From assembly GCA_937900985.1 (NCBI GenBank), contig CALCGM010000113.1, forward strand, positions 1-36,885: a DNA stretch of 36,885 nucleotides, written 5' to 3'. A model generated the notes under the pieces. That model was not told where the DNA came from. It worked only from the letters and a program-made list of their open reading frames with translations, and did not search any database. This document shows positions 1 to 10,269 of this stretch, one piece after another. This stretch comes from an uncultured Planctomycetaceae bacterium (GTDB taxonomy: Bacteria > Planctomycetota > Planctomycetia > Pirellulales > UBA1268). Positions within the stretch are counted from its first letter, which is position 1; every line of letters starts with the position of its first letter. The translations under genes and the position numbers were made by a program.

Positions 1-77
1 GGGAGCCCGCTGCACCGAGCGGCTTTGACCGAGACAGCCGCCGCTCGCGAGCCCTCACGCCACTCTACACATGGTCG

Positions 78-698
78 ATGCCCGATTTCGCCCGCTTCCG
101 CTTCAATCTGCACGACGAAAGCTGGGCTGACCACGTGGTCAGCATGACCGGGCTCGAGACGCACACCGACGAAAGCAGCGCTCACCACGCGACCTATCTC
201 AGGGCGAAAGCGATCGAGGACGAGGGGGTGATCGTGATGCGGTTTCCGGTGGCGTTTCCCATCCACACCGCTTGGCTGCGTGCGCGAATGTCGGTCTGGA
301 CATCCGTTTCCAAGCCCTTCGCCACCCGAGGCGACCAGTTTCTGCGAGAAGCCTCCGAGCATGCTCCGATCGACCCCGCCGCCATCGTCACGCTGGAGGT
401 GGCCAACGATGGCATCCACTGGATTCCGGTCGATCAGCTTGGCTACGGCCACGCCGGGATTTCCTTCAACCCAAACGACGTGTCTCGCCTGCTCAAAGGC
501 TCTCGGGAAGCCTGGGTGCGGGCGAGGCTGCAGGGGGGACGCACCTGGAGAGACGAAGGCCTGGTCTTCACGCAGTTCCTCCGCACCGAGGCCGAGGGGA
601 GTGGCCCCGCCTTCGAACTCGACCTGACCGGGCCGCCCGCAGCGTCAGCGGATCCTCAAGAGCCGAGCACGTCGGCGAGCACGTCTTCCGAGACGTAG
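78..698 (+). CDS. hypothetical protein (206 aa), no family recognised
   Basis: ATG-initiated ORF with strong G/C third-position bias and ordinary amino-acid composition over most of its length. The last ~14 codons overlap the convergent nuclease gene (656..1060) and become Ser/Thr/Pro-rich, so the 3' end is less certain. No motif recognised. Confidence 0.5.
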   Translation: MPDFARFRFNLHDESWADHVVSMTGLETHTDESSAHHATYLRAKAIEDEGVIVMRFPVAFPIHTAWLRARMSVWTSVSKPFATRGDQFLREASEHAPIDPAAIVTLEVANDGIHWIPVDQLGYGHAGISFNPNDVSRLLKGSREAWVRARLQGGRTWRDEGLVFTQFLRTEAEGSGPAFELDLTGPPAASADPQEPSTSASTSSET

Positions 699-1060
699 AT
701 CGGCAGGTTGGGCTCACACGTGACCGCCACGGCAATCGCGTCGGAGGGGCGGGCATCGATCTCGATCACCTCGCCATCCTTGATCACGCGGATCACGGAG
801 AAGTAGGTGTGCTCTTTGAGTTCGGAGATGACCACGTCCTGAAACTCGCCGCCCATCAGTTCCACCGCGGACACGAGCAGGTCGTGGGTCAGCGGACGCG
901 GGGCGTGGTGGTGCTTCACGCGGCGGTCGATGCTCGTCGCTTCAAAGAGGCCGATCAGGATCGGGAAGGTGCGGTCGCCCTCCACCTCCTTGAGGTAGAC
1001 CACCTGCTGATCATTGATCTCGCTGATAATGATCCGCGACAACTCCATCTGCACCGACAT
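656..1060 (-). CDS. bifunctional nuclease family protein (BFN/DUF151-like), 134 aa
   Basis: The translation has the family pattern read by eye: FPILIGLFEATSI ... RPLTHDLL ... IDARPSDAIAVAV ... PIYVSEDVL. It lies directly downstream of valS on the same strand, after a 141-nt gap. Confidence 0.8.
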   Translation of the reverse strand: MSVQMELSRIIISEINDQQVVYLKEVEGDRTFPILIGLFEATSIDRRVKHHHAPRPLTHDLLVSAVELMGGEFQDVVISELKEHTYFSVIRVIKDGEVIEIDARPSDAIAVAVTCEPNLPIYVSEDVLADVLGS

Positions 1061-1201
1061 ACGATTCGCTCCGACGTGCGGCTCTACGAAAACCCGCGGG
1101 GCAAACGGCCCGCCAGCCCCCGCTCTCGCATTCTACCGCACGCTGCGGCCGTCGCTCGGCCACGGAAACTTTCTTCCGCAGGCCGAAAAACCCCGGGGCG
1201 A

Positions 1202-4200
1202 TCAGGCCCGGCTGCGGAGGTCGGCGGCCATGGCTACCAGCGACGCCAGCCGCTCCTCCATCTCGGCAAGCTGCTCCCGCTCCTTGGCGACAACCTCGGC
1301 AGGCGCCCGGGCGACAAAGCTTTCGTTGGAGAGCTTCTTCCGCTTGCCCTCGATCAGGCCGCCGAGTTTTTCTCGATCCTTGGTCACGCGAGCGAGCTCC
1401 GCCTCCACATCCACAAGACCGGCGAGGTCCACGGCGACTTCACAGCCGGCAGCCGCCACTTTTGCGGCCATCGCCGGCGGCTGCACCTGCGGCCCCACGT
1501 CGACCACCTCAGCCACCGCCATCGTGGCCACCGCCCCGAGCATCGGGGCGAGCAGGGTCTGCTTCGCGTCGTCAGCCTTGATCACCACCGTGACGACCGT
1601 CTTCGGCGGCACGTTTTGCCGCGCTCGGATTTCTCGGATCGCCCCCACCACGCCCAGGAAGGTGCCGAATCGCTCCTCGCTCTGCGTGTCTCTCCAGCTC
1701 GCCGGGGGCGCCGGCCAGCGGGCCACCATCACCGACTCCGCTGGGGCTGCGTCTGGATCGCGGTCCGTCGCATCCCACGGCATCCGCCGGGAGCGAGCCG
1801 CCTCGCGAAGGTGCTGCCAGAGCTCTTCGGTCACAAACGGCATGATCGGATGCAGCAGCCTGAGGATCGTGTCGAGGCCGGTGATCAGCATCGCCTGGGC
1901 CGACGCCCTGGTCGCGGGGTCGGCGAGCCTCGACTTGCAGAGCTCGAGATAGGCGCTGCAGTATTCATCCCAGGCAAACGCGTAGAGCGTGCGGGCGGCA
2001 TCGGCAAAGCGGAAGGCGTCGATCGCAGCGGTCACCTCGGTGGTGACCGTGGCCAGCCGGCTCCGTAGCCAGGCATCCTCCAGAGGGAGGTCGGCCGAGG
2101 CAGCAGCCGCATCCACACAGCCCCCCTCGAAGCCCTCCAGGTTCATCAGCACAAACCGGGTGGCGTTCCAGAGTTTGTTGGAGAAGTTGCGGCCGGAATC
2201 GAAGCGTTCGCTGACCGCCGGCCCGCGGGGCAGGGCGAGGTCGGCGTCGCTGGCGGCCCACTGCGTGCGGAAGGGCTCGCCGCACTTCGTGCACTCGATG
2301 CGGGGCTTTGTGCGGTTGGCGGTGGTCTGCTCGATCCGCTGACCGCACGCCGGGCAGGCAAACTCCACCGGCATCCGCACGTCCTGCGTTTCCGTGGCCA
2401 TGCTTGCCATTCCAAACCGCAGCGCGTCGGCACCGAGCGACTCGATCACGTCGAGCGGGTCGACGCCGTTGCCCTTGCTCTTGCTCATTGTCTCGCCGTA
2501 GCGGTCGAGAATCTTGGGATGGATGGCCACGTCGGCAAACGGCACATGGCCGGTGTTGAAGATGCCCATGATCACCATCCGCGCCACCCACAGCGTGATG
2601 ATGTCGCGGCTGGTGATCAGCGTGGTGGTGGGATAGAAGGTGGCGAGCTCCGCGGTCGCCTCGGGCCAGCCGAGCGTCGAATGCGGCCAGAGGGCCGACG
2701 AAAACCAGGTGTCGAGCACGTCTGGGTCGCGTTCGAGCGGCCGGCCGGCAATCGCCTCCACACCGAGCGCTTCCGCCTTGCAGCAGACGAACCACCGCGT
2801 GGCCGAGCCATCGGCAGGCTCCCCATCCGCTTCCGCCCAGGCCACGTCACCGCGGCCCGCAAACGCCGCCTCGAGATCCGCGGCCGCCACGCCCTCGACA
2901 TGCCAGATCGGAATGCGGTGGCCCCACCAGAGCTGCCGCCCCACCGGCCAGTCGCGTTTCTCGCCGAGCCAGTCGAGATAGCTCTTGGCATAGCGGGAGG
3001 GATGGATCTTCACGCTGCCGTTTTCAACGGCCGCCAGCGCCGGCTCCGCCAGCTCCGCCATGCGGATAAACCACTGATCGGCGAGGTAGGGTTCGATAGG
3101 CGTCTTCGATCGGTCGGAGTGGGCCAGATCGATCAGCCGGTCTTCCACGGCCTCGAGCTGCCCGGCCTCCTCGAGATCCGCCACCAGCTTCTCGCGAGCC
3201 TTGCGGATCGTGAGCCCCTGATACGGCCCGGCTTCGGGATTGAGCGTGCCGTCGGGGTTGAGGATGTTGAGCATTGGCAGCCGCTGCCGCAGGCCCACTT
3301 CGTAGTCGTTGGGGTCGTGGGCTGGCGTGATCTTCACGCAGCCGCTGCCCATCTCGGGCTTGGCCCACTCGTCGGCCACCAGCGGAATCTCGCGGCCCAG
3401 CAGCGGCAGCCGAACCGTGCGACCGGCCCTGGCCATCCCCGCCAGCCGCTCAAGGCCAGCCAGCATCTCGGTGCGGCGGGCCGCGACCGCGTCGAGCTCC
3501 GCCTCGATCTGCGGCTTCTCCTTGGCGGAGGCTGCCGCGATTTTCTCCCGCAGCCCCGCCTCCACCGCAGCAAACGCGGCCGCGGGATCGGGGTGCACCG
3601 CAACGGCCGTGTCGCCCAGCAGCGTCTCGGGCCGCGTCGTGGCCACGGTCACATGGCTCGGCTCCCCTGCTTGAGGATCGACCACCGCATAGCGGATGTG
3701 CCAGAAGTGGCCCTTCACCTCCTCGTGGAAAACCTCATCGTCGCTGACCGCCGTCTGCAGGAAGGTGTCCCAGTTGACCAGCCGCTTTCCGCGGCGGACG
3801 AGCCCCTGCTGGAAGAGCCGATAGAAGGCCTCGCGGACCGCCGTAGCGCACCGCTCGTCGAGCGTGAAGCGGGTGCGGTCCCAGTCGCAGCTCGCCCCCA
3901 GCTCACGCAGCTGCCCGAGGATGCGAGCCTCATACTGCTCCTTCCACGCCCAGATGCGTTCCACGAGCTTCTCGCGGCCGAGGTCGTGCCGGGAGAGCTT
4001 TTCCTCCTCCAAGAGCCGCCGCTCGACAACCGCCTGCGTGGCGATGCCCGCGTGGTCGGTGCCGGGCATCCAGAGCGTGCGAAAGCCCTGCATGCGGCGG
4101 GTTCGCACGAGGATGTCTTGGAGGGTGTTGTTGAGGGCGTGGCCGAGGTGGAGGGCCCCCGTCACGTTTGGCGGCGGGATCACCATCGAGAAGACCGGCT

Positions 4201-4318
4201 GCGGAGCCTGTTCTTCGCCTGCTTGGGGCTCCGCATGCCAGAGCTTTCCGGCGTCCCACAGCTCGCGGCAACGGAGCTGGGCGGAGGTGTGGTCGAAGTG
4301 TTTCGGGAGCTCGTGCAT
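1202..4318 (-). CDS. valS: valine--tRNA ligase (class I aaRS), 1038 aa
   Basis: N-terminal PPPNVTGALHLGHALNNTLQDILVR (HIGH-type motif), GTDHAGIATQ, a KMSKSKGN motif, and a C-terminal coiled-coil-like tail (LAGLVDVEAELARVTKDREKL...). Long uninterrupted ORF with GC3 bias. Confidence 0.97.
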   Translation of the reverse strand: MHELPKHFDHTSAQLRCRELWDAGKLWHAEPQAGEEQAPQPVFSMVIPPPNVTGALHLGHALNNTLQDILVRTRRMQGFRTLWMPGTDHAGIATQAVVERRLLEEEKLSRHDLGREKLVERIWAWKEQYEARILGQLRELGASCDWDRTRFTLDERCATAVREAFYRLFQQGLVRRGKRLVNWDTFLQTAVSDDEVFHEEVKGHFWHIRYAVVDPQAGEPSHVTVATTRPETLLGDTAVAVHPDPAAAFAAVEAGLREKIAAASAKEKPQIEAELDAVAARRTEMLAGLERLAGMARAGRTVRLPLLGREIPLVADEWAKPEMGSGCVKITPAHDPNDYEVGLRQRLPMLNILNPDGTLNPEAGPYQGLTIRKAREKLVADLEEAGQLEAVEDRLIDLAHSDRSKTPIEPYLADQWFIRMAELAEPALAAVENGSVKIHPSRYAKSYLDWLGEKRDWPVGRQLWWGHRIPIWHVEGVAAADLEAAFAGRGDVAWAEADGEPADGSATRWFVCCKAEALGVEAIAGRPLERDPDVLDTWFSSALWPHSTLGWPEATAELATFYPTTTLITSRDIITLWVARMVIMGIFNTGHVPFADVAIHPKILDRYGETMSKSKGNGVDPLDVIESLGADALRFGMASMATETQDVRMPVEFACPACGQRIEQTTANRTKPRIECTKCGEPFRTQWAASDADLALPRGPAVSERFDSGRNFSNKLWNATRFVLMNLEGFEGGCVDAAAASADLPLEDAWLRSRLATVTTEVTAAIDAFRFADAARTLYAFAWDEYCSAYLELCKSRLADPATRASAQAMLITGLDTILRLLHPIMPFVTEELWQHLREAARSRRMPWDATDRDPDAAPAESVMVARWPAPPASWRDTQSEERFGTFLGVVGAIREIRARQNVPPKTVVTVVIKADDAKQTLLAPMLGAVATMAVAEVVDVGPQVQPPAMAAKVAAAGCEVAVDLAGLVDVEAELARVTKDREKLGGLIEGKRKKLSNESFVARAPAEVVAKEREQLAEMEERLASLVAMAADLRSRA

Positions 4319-4614
4319 CGCGGAAAACTGAGAAGGAAAGTGGAGAAACTGGGCCTGTGCGGGCCCAGCATACCGGCCACGCGGGATTCACGAGAGGCCG
4401 CGGAGCCGCTCCCGGCAAAGGCGTTGCCAAGGGCCTGCTGCCTGCGGAAGCCTTCCACCAAGCCTGAGCCCCGCTGCGGCCTGCAGCAAACGCTGTTTAC
4501 CGGCAGCGACCGCGAAGGCACATTTGGCAGTGGAGGAGTCGCAGCGGGCGGCCGAGGGTGAGCCGCCGCGACAGAGGCTGGCGGCGATCGGAAAACGACG
4601 ATTCGAGGAGCCGC

Positions 4615-6327
4615 ATGATGAAGCCAGTCTGGATCGCCGCCGTGGGCCTGCTCGTAGGCATGGTGTCGCCTGCAACCGCCACCACCACCTGGGACGGCCA
4701 GCACGACACCAGCCGCATCGATGTGACGGTCGTCTACTTCGTGCCCGCCGACCGCCAGCCGCTGCCAGACTGGCGGGAGCGAGCCGCCTACTACTGCCGT
4801 CGCATCGAGCAGTTTCACCAGCGGGAGTTTCAGGGCCGCTCCGCGCTCACCACGAATCTGGTCGACGAGCCCTTGATCTCCCGGCGAACAACGCCGCAGC
4901 TGCGGCAGGGCGATGCCAACGCGATCTTTTTCTCCACGCTCCGGGAGGCGGCCGAGCGGCTGAGGTTTGCCGCAGGCGAGCGGCGGGGCTTTCCCGTTTT
5001 GCTCGTGCTCAGCGAGATCAACTGGCGGCCTCTCGACGACTTCTACCGCGTCAAGCCGGCCGACGGGGCCCTGGTCTTTGAGGGCACCTTCAACGGCAGC
5101 GAGCACTTTCCAGGGGCAACCTCTGGCGGGGCACGGGCGACGTATCTCGCCGATCGCGGCGTGGGCTGGGGGCTGGTCAGCGCTGACGGCTGGAGGGTGC
5201 CCTACCGGGGGAGCGACTGTGTGATCTATCACGAAGGCTGTGGGCATACGGTGGGCCTGCCGCATCCGGAGCCCGGCAACGGTTCGGTGATGAGCCTTGG
5301 GCAGTATCGAGGCTGGCTCAGCGAGTCGTGGCTCGACCGGGAGCAGAAGATCCGGCTCGGCTGGGAGCCGCAGGACGAGCCGCTCAGCCCACAACTGCAG
5401 CTCTTTTCGGCCTTCCGCGCGGTGCCCGAGCCGAAGCTGCCGACGCCCGGGCAGCCAGTCGCCCTGCAGCTGACATGGCCTGAGGGAGTGAACGTCTCCT
5501 CGCTGCGGGTGCGGTATCAGACAGCGGTGCACAGCCCCTGGGTGGAGGTGCCGCAGACCTGGGAAGGGGATGCCCCAAAGCAGGCGGCGGTGGCCAGCTT
5601 CGATCGCGAAACCCCTGTCAGCTACCGCATCGATGCCGCCACGGCCGACGGATCGACAGCAGAGCTCTGGGGCTATTTTCAGGTGCGAAGCGACCCACAG
5701 CAGCCGCTGATGCCGCCTCTTCGTGCGGTCGACCTCCAGGCCACCGCCGCGGCACCCGCGGTCATCACCGAGCTTCCCCGCGACTCGCAGAACCTCCTGG
5801 CGGATCTCGACCTCGACGGCTGCTGGAAGAACGGCGACTGGACGATGGACGGGGGCGTGCTCACGAGCCCGAAGATGTATGGGGCCCGCCTGCAGCTGCC
5901 CGTCACGCCTCCGCCGGCCTACCGGCTGGTGGCGGTTGTCGAACCGCTCGATCCGCCCAACGCCCTGATCCTCGGCCAGCGGGCCGGCACCAGCCGCTTC
6001 GTGTCGCTCTTCGGCTACGGGCCCGCGGGCCAGCAGGCAAGCGCGGTGGAAAACATCAACGGCCGCAACGTCGGCAACGAAACCACCTTTCGCGGCGACC
6101 TCTTTCGGCAGCATCAGCTCTCGCAGCTGATTGTGACCGTCGCCGCCCGGGGCGTTCGCATGTCGGTCGACGGGCAGACGATCGTCGACTGGCAGGGCTC
6201 GCCCGACGAGCTCTCGCTTTCCGACTACTGGCAGACCCCCGACAACACAGCGCTTTTCCTCGGCAGCTACGACTGCCGCTACCGTTTTTATCGCCTGTCG
6301 CTGGAACCACTCCCAGCGGGCGAGTAA
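4615..6327 (+). CDS. exported hypothetical protein with variant Zn-metallopeptidase-like motif (HEGCGHTVGLPH), 570 aa
   Basis: The ORF opens at 4558. ATG-ATG at 4615 is preceded by GAGGAG (4605-4610) and gives a signal-peptide-like N-terminus, MMKPVWIAAVGLLVGMVSPATA. The central motif YHEGCGHTVGLPHPE resembles the metzincin HExxHxxGxxH with one extra residue. The C-terminal ~170 aa look like a beta-rich jelly-roll-type domain. Product assignment is tentative. Confidence 0.65.
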   Translation: MMKPVWIAAVGLLVGMVSPATATTTWDGQHDTSRIDVTVVYFVPADRQPLPDWRERAAYYCRRIEQFHQREFQGRSALTTNLVDEPLISRRTTPQLRQGDANAIFFSTLREAAERLRFAAGERRGFPVLLVLSEINWRPLDDFYRVKPADGALVFEGTFNGSEHFPGATSGGARATYLADRGVGWGLVSADGWRVPYRGSDCVIYHEGCGHTVGLPHPEPGNGSVMSLGQYRGWLSESWLDREQKIRLGWEPQDEPLSPQLQLFSAFRAVPEPKLPTPGQPVALQLTWPEGVNVSSLRVRYQTAVHSPWVEVPQTWEGDAPKQAAVASFDRETPVSYRIDAATADGSTAELWGYFQVRSDPQQPLMPPLRAVDLQATAAAPAVITELPRDSQNLLADLDLDGCWKNGDWTMDGGVLTSPKMYGARLQLPVTPPPAYRLVAVVEPLDPPNALILGQRAGTSRFVSLFGYGPAGQQASAVENINGRNVGNETTFRGDLFRQHQLSQLIVTVAARGVRMSVDGQTIVDWQGSPDELSLSDYWQTPDNTALFLGSYDCRYRFYRLSLEPLPAGE

Positions 6328-6363
6328 CAGCCCGATGGCAACCCACCTGCTACACTCCGCCGC

Positions 6364-7809
<1,446 letters not shown>

Positions 7810-7991
7810 CGCCCGCCGCGGCACAGATCTTTCCCGGGAAATTCCGGCCATTCCCGCCGACTTGGCACCGCACTCTGGCGAGGCTGCACGACCGATGTGA
7901 GAATGCGTCGTGGGGTTGCAGCAGCAGGCACAGGCCGGCGGTGTTGGCAGCCTGTGGTGAATCGGAGGTGCCCCGCTTGGGGGCATGTGTG

Positions 7992-8996
7992 ATGTCGTCG
8001 CCTGGCCTTGATCGGTGTTGTGGGCTGCCGTTTCGTCGTCGCAGCGAGCCCTCGTCGCTCGGTGGATTTGCTGAGCGGCTCTGCCGCATTGCGGTGGCCG
8101 CCACGCTCGCCGCAGCGCTCGCCTGGGGTGCGGGCTCGCAGGCCACCGCTGCCGACACCGACGCCGACGCCGAGCAGCCACTGCGGGAGGCCGCCATCGC
8201 CTACGCCGAAGCCTTCAACAGCAACGACATGGAGGCGTTGGCCTCCCAGTGGGCGGAGCAGGCCGAGCTCTTCGAGGCCGACCAGCAGCTCGTGGGCCGC
8301 GATGCGATCATGGCGGCCATCGCTGCCAGCCGTGGACGGCTGCCCAAGGCTCAGATGACGATCGAAATCGATGACATTCATTTCATTGCTGCGAGCCTGG
8401 CCCGCGTCTCGGGCAGGCTGACCATGGAGGCCGTGAAGGATGGGCCGCGGATCTCGTCGGAGTTCACCAGCCTGCGGGTGCTCGAAGACGGCCAGTGGCT
8501 GCTGGCGGAGTCGATCGTGCTCACCGCTCCTCAGGCGTCGCTGGGGGATGTCAGCTGGATGGCCGGCACCTGGGAGGGCAGCAGCGTCGCCGGCGAGCCG
8601 ATCTCGATCAGCATCAGCCGCGAGCTCGGCGGCCAGGCAGTTATCTCGCGGATCACCGTCGGGCCTGCCGAGGAGCCGCTGCTGACCGCGATCGATCTGA
8701 TCTACGCCGACGCGATCACGGGCCGCCTTCGCAGCTGGACCTTTGATTCCACCGGCTCACGAGCCGAAGGCGTGTTGATGTCGGATGGCACCAGCTTCAA
8801 CCGGGTGGTGGAAGGGATTCCGGCCGCCGGCAGCGGAGCGAGTGAGAGCCGCTGGGTGCAGGTGATCGCGCCGCTGGGCGATGGCCGGCTGGCAATGCAG
8901 TCGATTGAGCGAAGCGTGGATGGCGAGCCGATCCCCGACACCGACGTGATCATTCTCGAGAAGACAACATCTTCGTCCGAAATCATCCGCTTCTAA
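7992..8996 (+). CDS. exported two-domain hypothetical protein, N-terminal NTF2/SnoaL-like (DUF4440-like) domain, 334 aa
   Basis: The ORF opens at 7941. ATG at 7992 gives an Arg-containing n-region followed by the hydrophobic stretch RIAVAATLAAALAWGAGSQATAAD. The segment REAAIAYAEAFNSNDMEALASQWAEQAELF...GRDAI has a typical SnoaL/DUF4440-like start. The second half begins WMAGTWEG.... Start codon choice is uncertain. Confidence 0.6.
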   Translation: MSSPGLDRCCGLPFRRRSEPSSLGGFAERLCRIAVAATLAAALAWGAGSQATAADTDADAEQPLREAAIAYAEAFNSNDMEALASQWAEQAELFEADQQLVGRDAIMAAIAASRGRLPKAQMTIEIDDIHFIAASLARVSGRLTMEAVKDGPRISSEFTSLRVLEDGQWLLAESIVLTAPQASLGDVSWMAGTWEGSSVAGEPISISISRELGGQAVISRITVGPAEEPLLTAIDLIYADAITGRLRSWTFDSTGSRAEGVLMSDGTSFNRVVEGIPAAGSGASESRWVQVIAPLGDGRLAMQSIERSVDGEPIPDTDVIILEKTTSSSEIIRF

Positions 8997-9027
8997 GTTT
9001 CCTCACAGTCCTTCCGGAACAGTCACC

Positions 9028-10248
9028 ATGTCCAGTTCGTTCAGCCGTCATCGCGTCGTGAGGGCAGCCCTCGTTGGTGTGTGCGTTGCACTGATCGCCT
9101 TTCCTGCCTCCACCGTCTGGAGCCACGGCGGTGGCTTCCGGGGCGGCGGCGGTGGTGGCATGTCACGGGGCGGTGGCGGCGGCATGTCACGGGGCGGTGC
9201 AGCCCCCCGGCCATCGGCCACACCGAGCCGGGGAGGGGCGGGAGCCACGCCCGGCCGCGGTGGGGCTGGCGGTGGAGCGAGGCCGACAACGGGATCGCGG
9301 CCCGGGCAGGGAACAGGGCCAGGGGCAACAGCACGGCCAGGCACGGGGGCAGGCCGGGGGCCCGGCACACCCGGCCGGGGCGCACCGGGAGCTGGTGTCG
9401 CGCCAGGCCGCGGCGGACCAGGGAAAGCAGGCCCTGGCGGCGCCGGCCGCTTTGCCGGCGATCCACTGGCGCACACAAACCTCTCGGCCGACCGCCTCCG
9501 TTCGCTGGGCCGCGGCGGTTCCACGCAGCTGAAGGCCCAGTCGATCCAGTCGCTCGACGCCCGGGGCTCCCAGATCCGCAACAACTTCTACAACAGCAAC
9601 TGGTATGGCGGCCGGGGCTGGTATGCCAACAACTTTCATGCCTGGTGGCCCGGCCGCTGGTATGGCGGCTGGGGCGGCTGGGGCGTGGGCCTGGCGACGG
9701 GCTTGCTCTGGGCAGATCTCGCTTCCTGGGGCGGCTACGGCCAGGCGGTTGCCTACGACTACGGCACCACGGTCGTCTACAGCGACGACGCAGTGAGCGT
9801 GGCCGGCGAGGAGGTGGGAACGCCCGAGGAGTATGCCCAAGGGGCCAGCGACCTGGCTGCGAGCGGGGCAGGAGAGGACGCCACCAACGACGACGCCGAG
9901 TGGCGGCCGCTGGGGGTGTATGCCCTGGCCCGGGACGGCGAGACCAAGCCCTCGACCTTCCTCAGCCTCGCGGTCGATACCAACGGCGTGCTCCGCGGCA
10001 ACTACTACGACGCGATTTCCGACTCCGACATGCAGGTCACCGGCAAGGTGGATCAGAAAACGCAGCGGGCTGCCTGGACGATCGGTGACAACACCGCCAA
10101 CGTCTACGAAGCCGGGCTTTCCAATCTGCTCAAAGACCAGACACAGGTGCTCGTCCACCGCAACAACGAAGACGGCACCACCACCGGCAAGGTCGAGCAG
10201 ATGCTGCTGGTGCGGGTCGACGAAGGCGACGACAAGGCCGCGAGCTGA
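9028..10248 (+). CDS. exported Gly/Arg/Pro-rich low-complexity protein with Trp/Gly/Tyr-rich segment and globular C-terminal domain, 406 aa
   Basis: Signal-like N-terminus VVRAALVGVCVALIAFPAS. About 120 aa of GGG/RGG/PG low complexity follow, then NWYGGRGWYANNFHAWWPGRWYGGWGGWGVGLATGLLW, then an ordinary-composition C-terminal ~130 aa (EWRPLGVYALARDGE...LLVRV). It lies 31 nt downstream of the previous gene. The antisense ORFs here are Pro-rich mirror artefacts. Confidence 0.7.
   Translation: MSSSFSRHRVVRAALVGVCVALIAFPASTVWSHGGGFRGGGGGGMSRGGGGGMSRGGAAPRPSATPSRGGAGATPGRGGAGGGARPTTGSRPGQGTGPGATARPGTGAGRGPGTPGRGAPGAGVAPGRGGPGKAGPGGAGRFAGDPLAHTNLSADRLRSLGRGGSTQLKAQSIQSLDARGSQIRNNFYNSNWYGGRGWYANNFHAWWPGRWYGGWGGWGVGLATGLLWADLASWGGYGQAVAYDYGTTVVYSDDAVSVAGEEVGTPEEYAQGASDLAASGAGEDATNDDAEWRPLGVYALARDGETKPSTFLSLAVDTNGVLRGNYYDAISDSDMQVTGKVDQKTQRAAWTIGDNTANVYEAGLSNLLKDQTQVLVHRNNEDGTTTGKVEQMLLVRVDEGDDKAAS
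9157..9199 (+). repeat. 24-nt-period tandem duplication inside the Gly-rich CDS (encodes GGMSRGG twice)
   Basis: The exact 19-mer ggcatgtcacggggcggtg occurs at 9157-9175 and again at 9181-9199, an offset of 24 nt that keeps the reading frame. Confidence 0.9.
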
Positions 10249-10269
10249 GGCGGCGGCTGGCCGTGGAAC

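Noticed and set aside
656-698. 43-nt convergent overlap between the 206-aa hypothetical gene and the nuclease-family gene
   Set aside because: It probably reflects a late stop in the less certain plus-strand ORF in stop-poor DNA. It is noted in the feature evidence and is not treated as a biological signal.
272-2068. 598-aa plus-strand ORF spanning the hypothetical gene, the nuclease gene and the valS 3' end
   Set aside because: The translation is Arg/Gly/His/Pro-rich with no motifs. It is out of frame or antisense to genes that have clear family signatures. This is a typical stop-free shadow ORF in high-GC DNA.
4350-4367. Small hairpin TGGGCC-TGTGCG-GGCCCA in the valS / exported-protein divergent region, considered as a leader or regulatory RNA element
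   Set aside because: It is a single 6-bp stem with no flanking conserved features. There is no T-box-like specifier or antiterminator architecture, and T-boxes are not expected in this lineage.
2519-4561. 680-aa plus-strand ORF antisense to valS
   Set aside because: It mirrors a gene with unambiguous HIGH and KMSKS motifs, and its composition is dominated by R/G/P/H/L. No independent support.
9130-9480. Repetitive GGN/CCN-rich DNA considered as a CRISPR-like or satellite array
   Set aside because: There is no regular repeat-spacer periodicity. The only exact repeat is a single 24-nt in-frame duplication, and the region is coding low-complexity sequence.
9041-10158. Minus-strand ORFs (9048..9584 Pro-rich, 9187..10158) and alternative plus-frame ORFs over the Gly-rich gene
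   Set aside because: GGN-rich coding DNA yields Pro-rich antisense frames and Arg/Ala-rich shifted frames. Only the 9028 frame has a signal peptide and a well-composed C-terminal domain.
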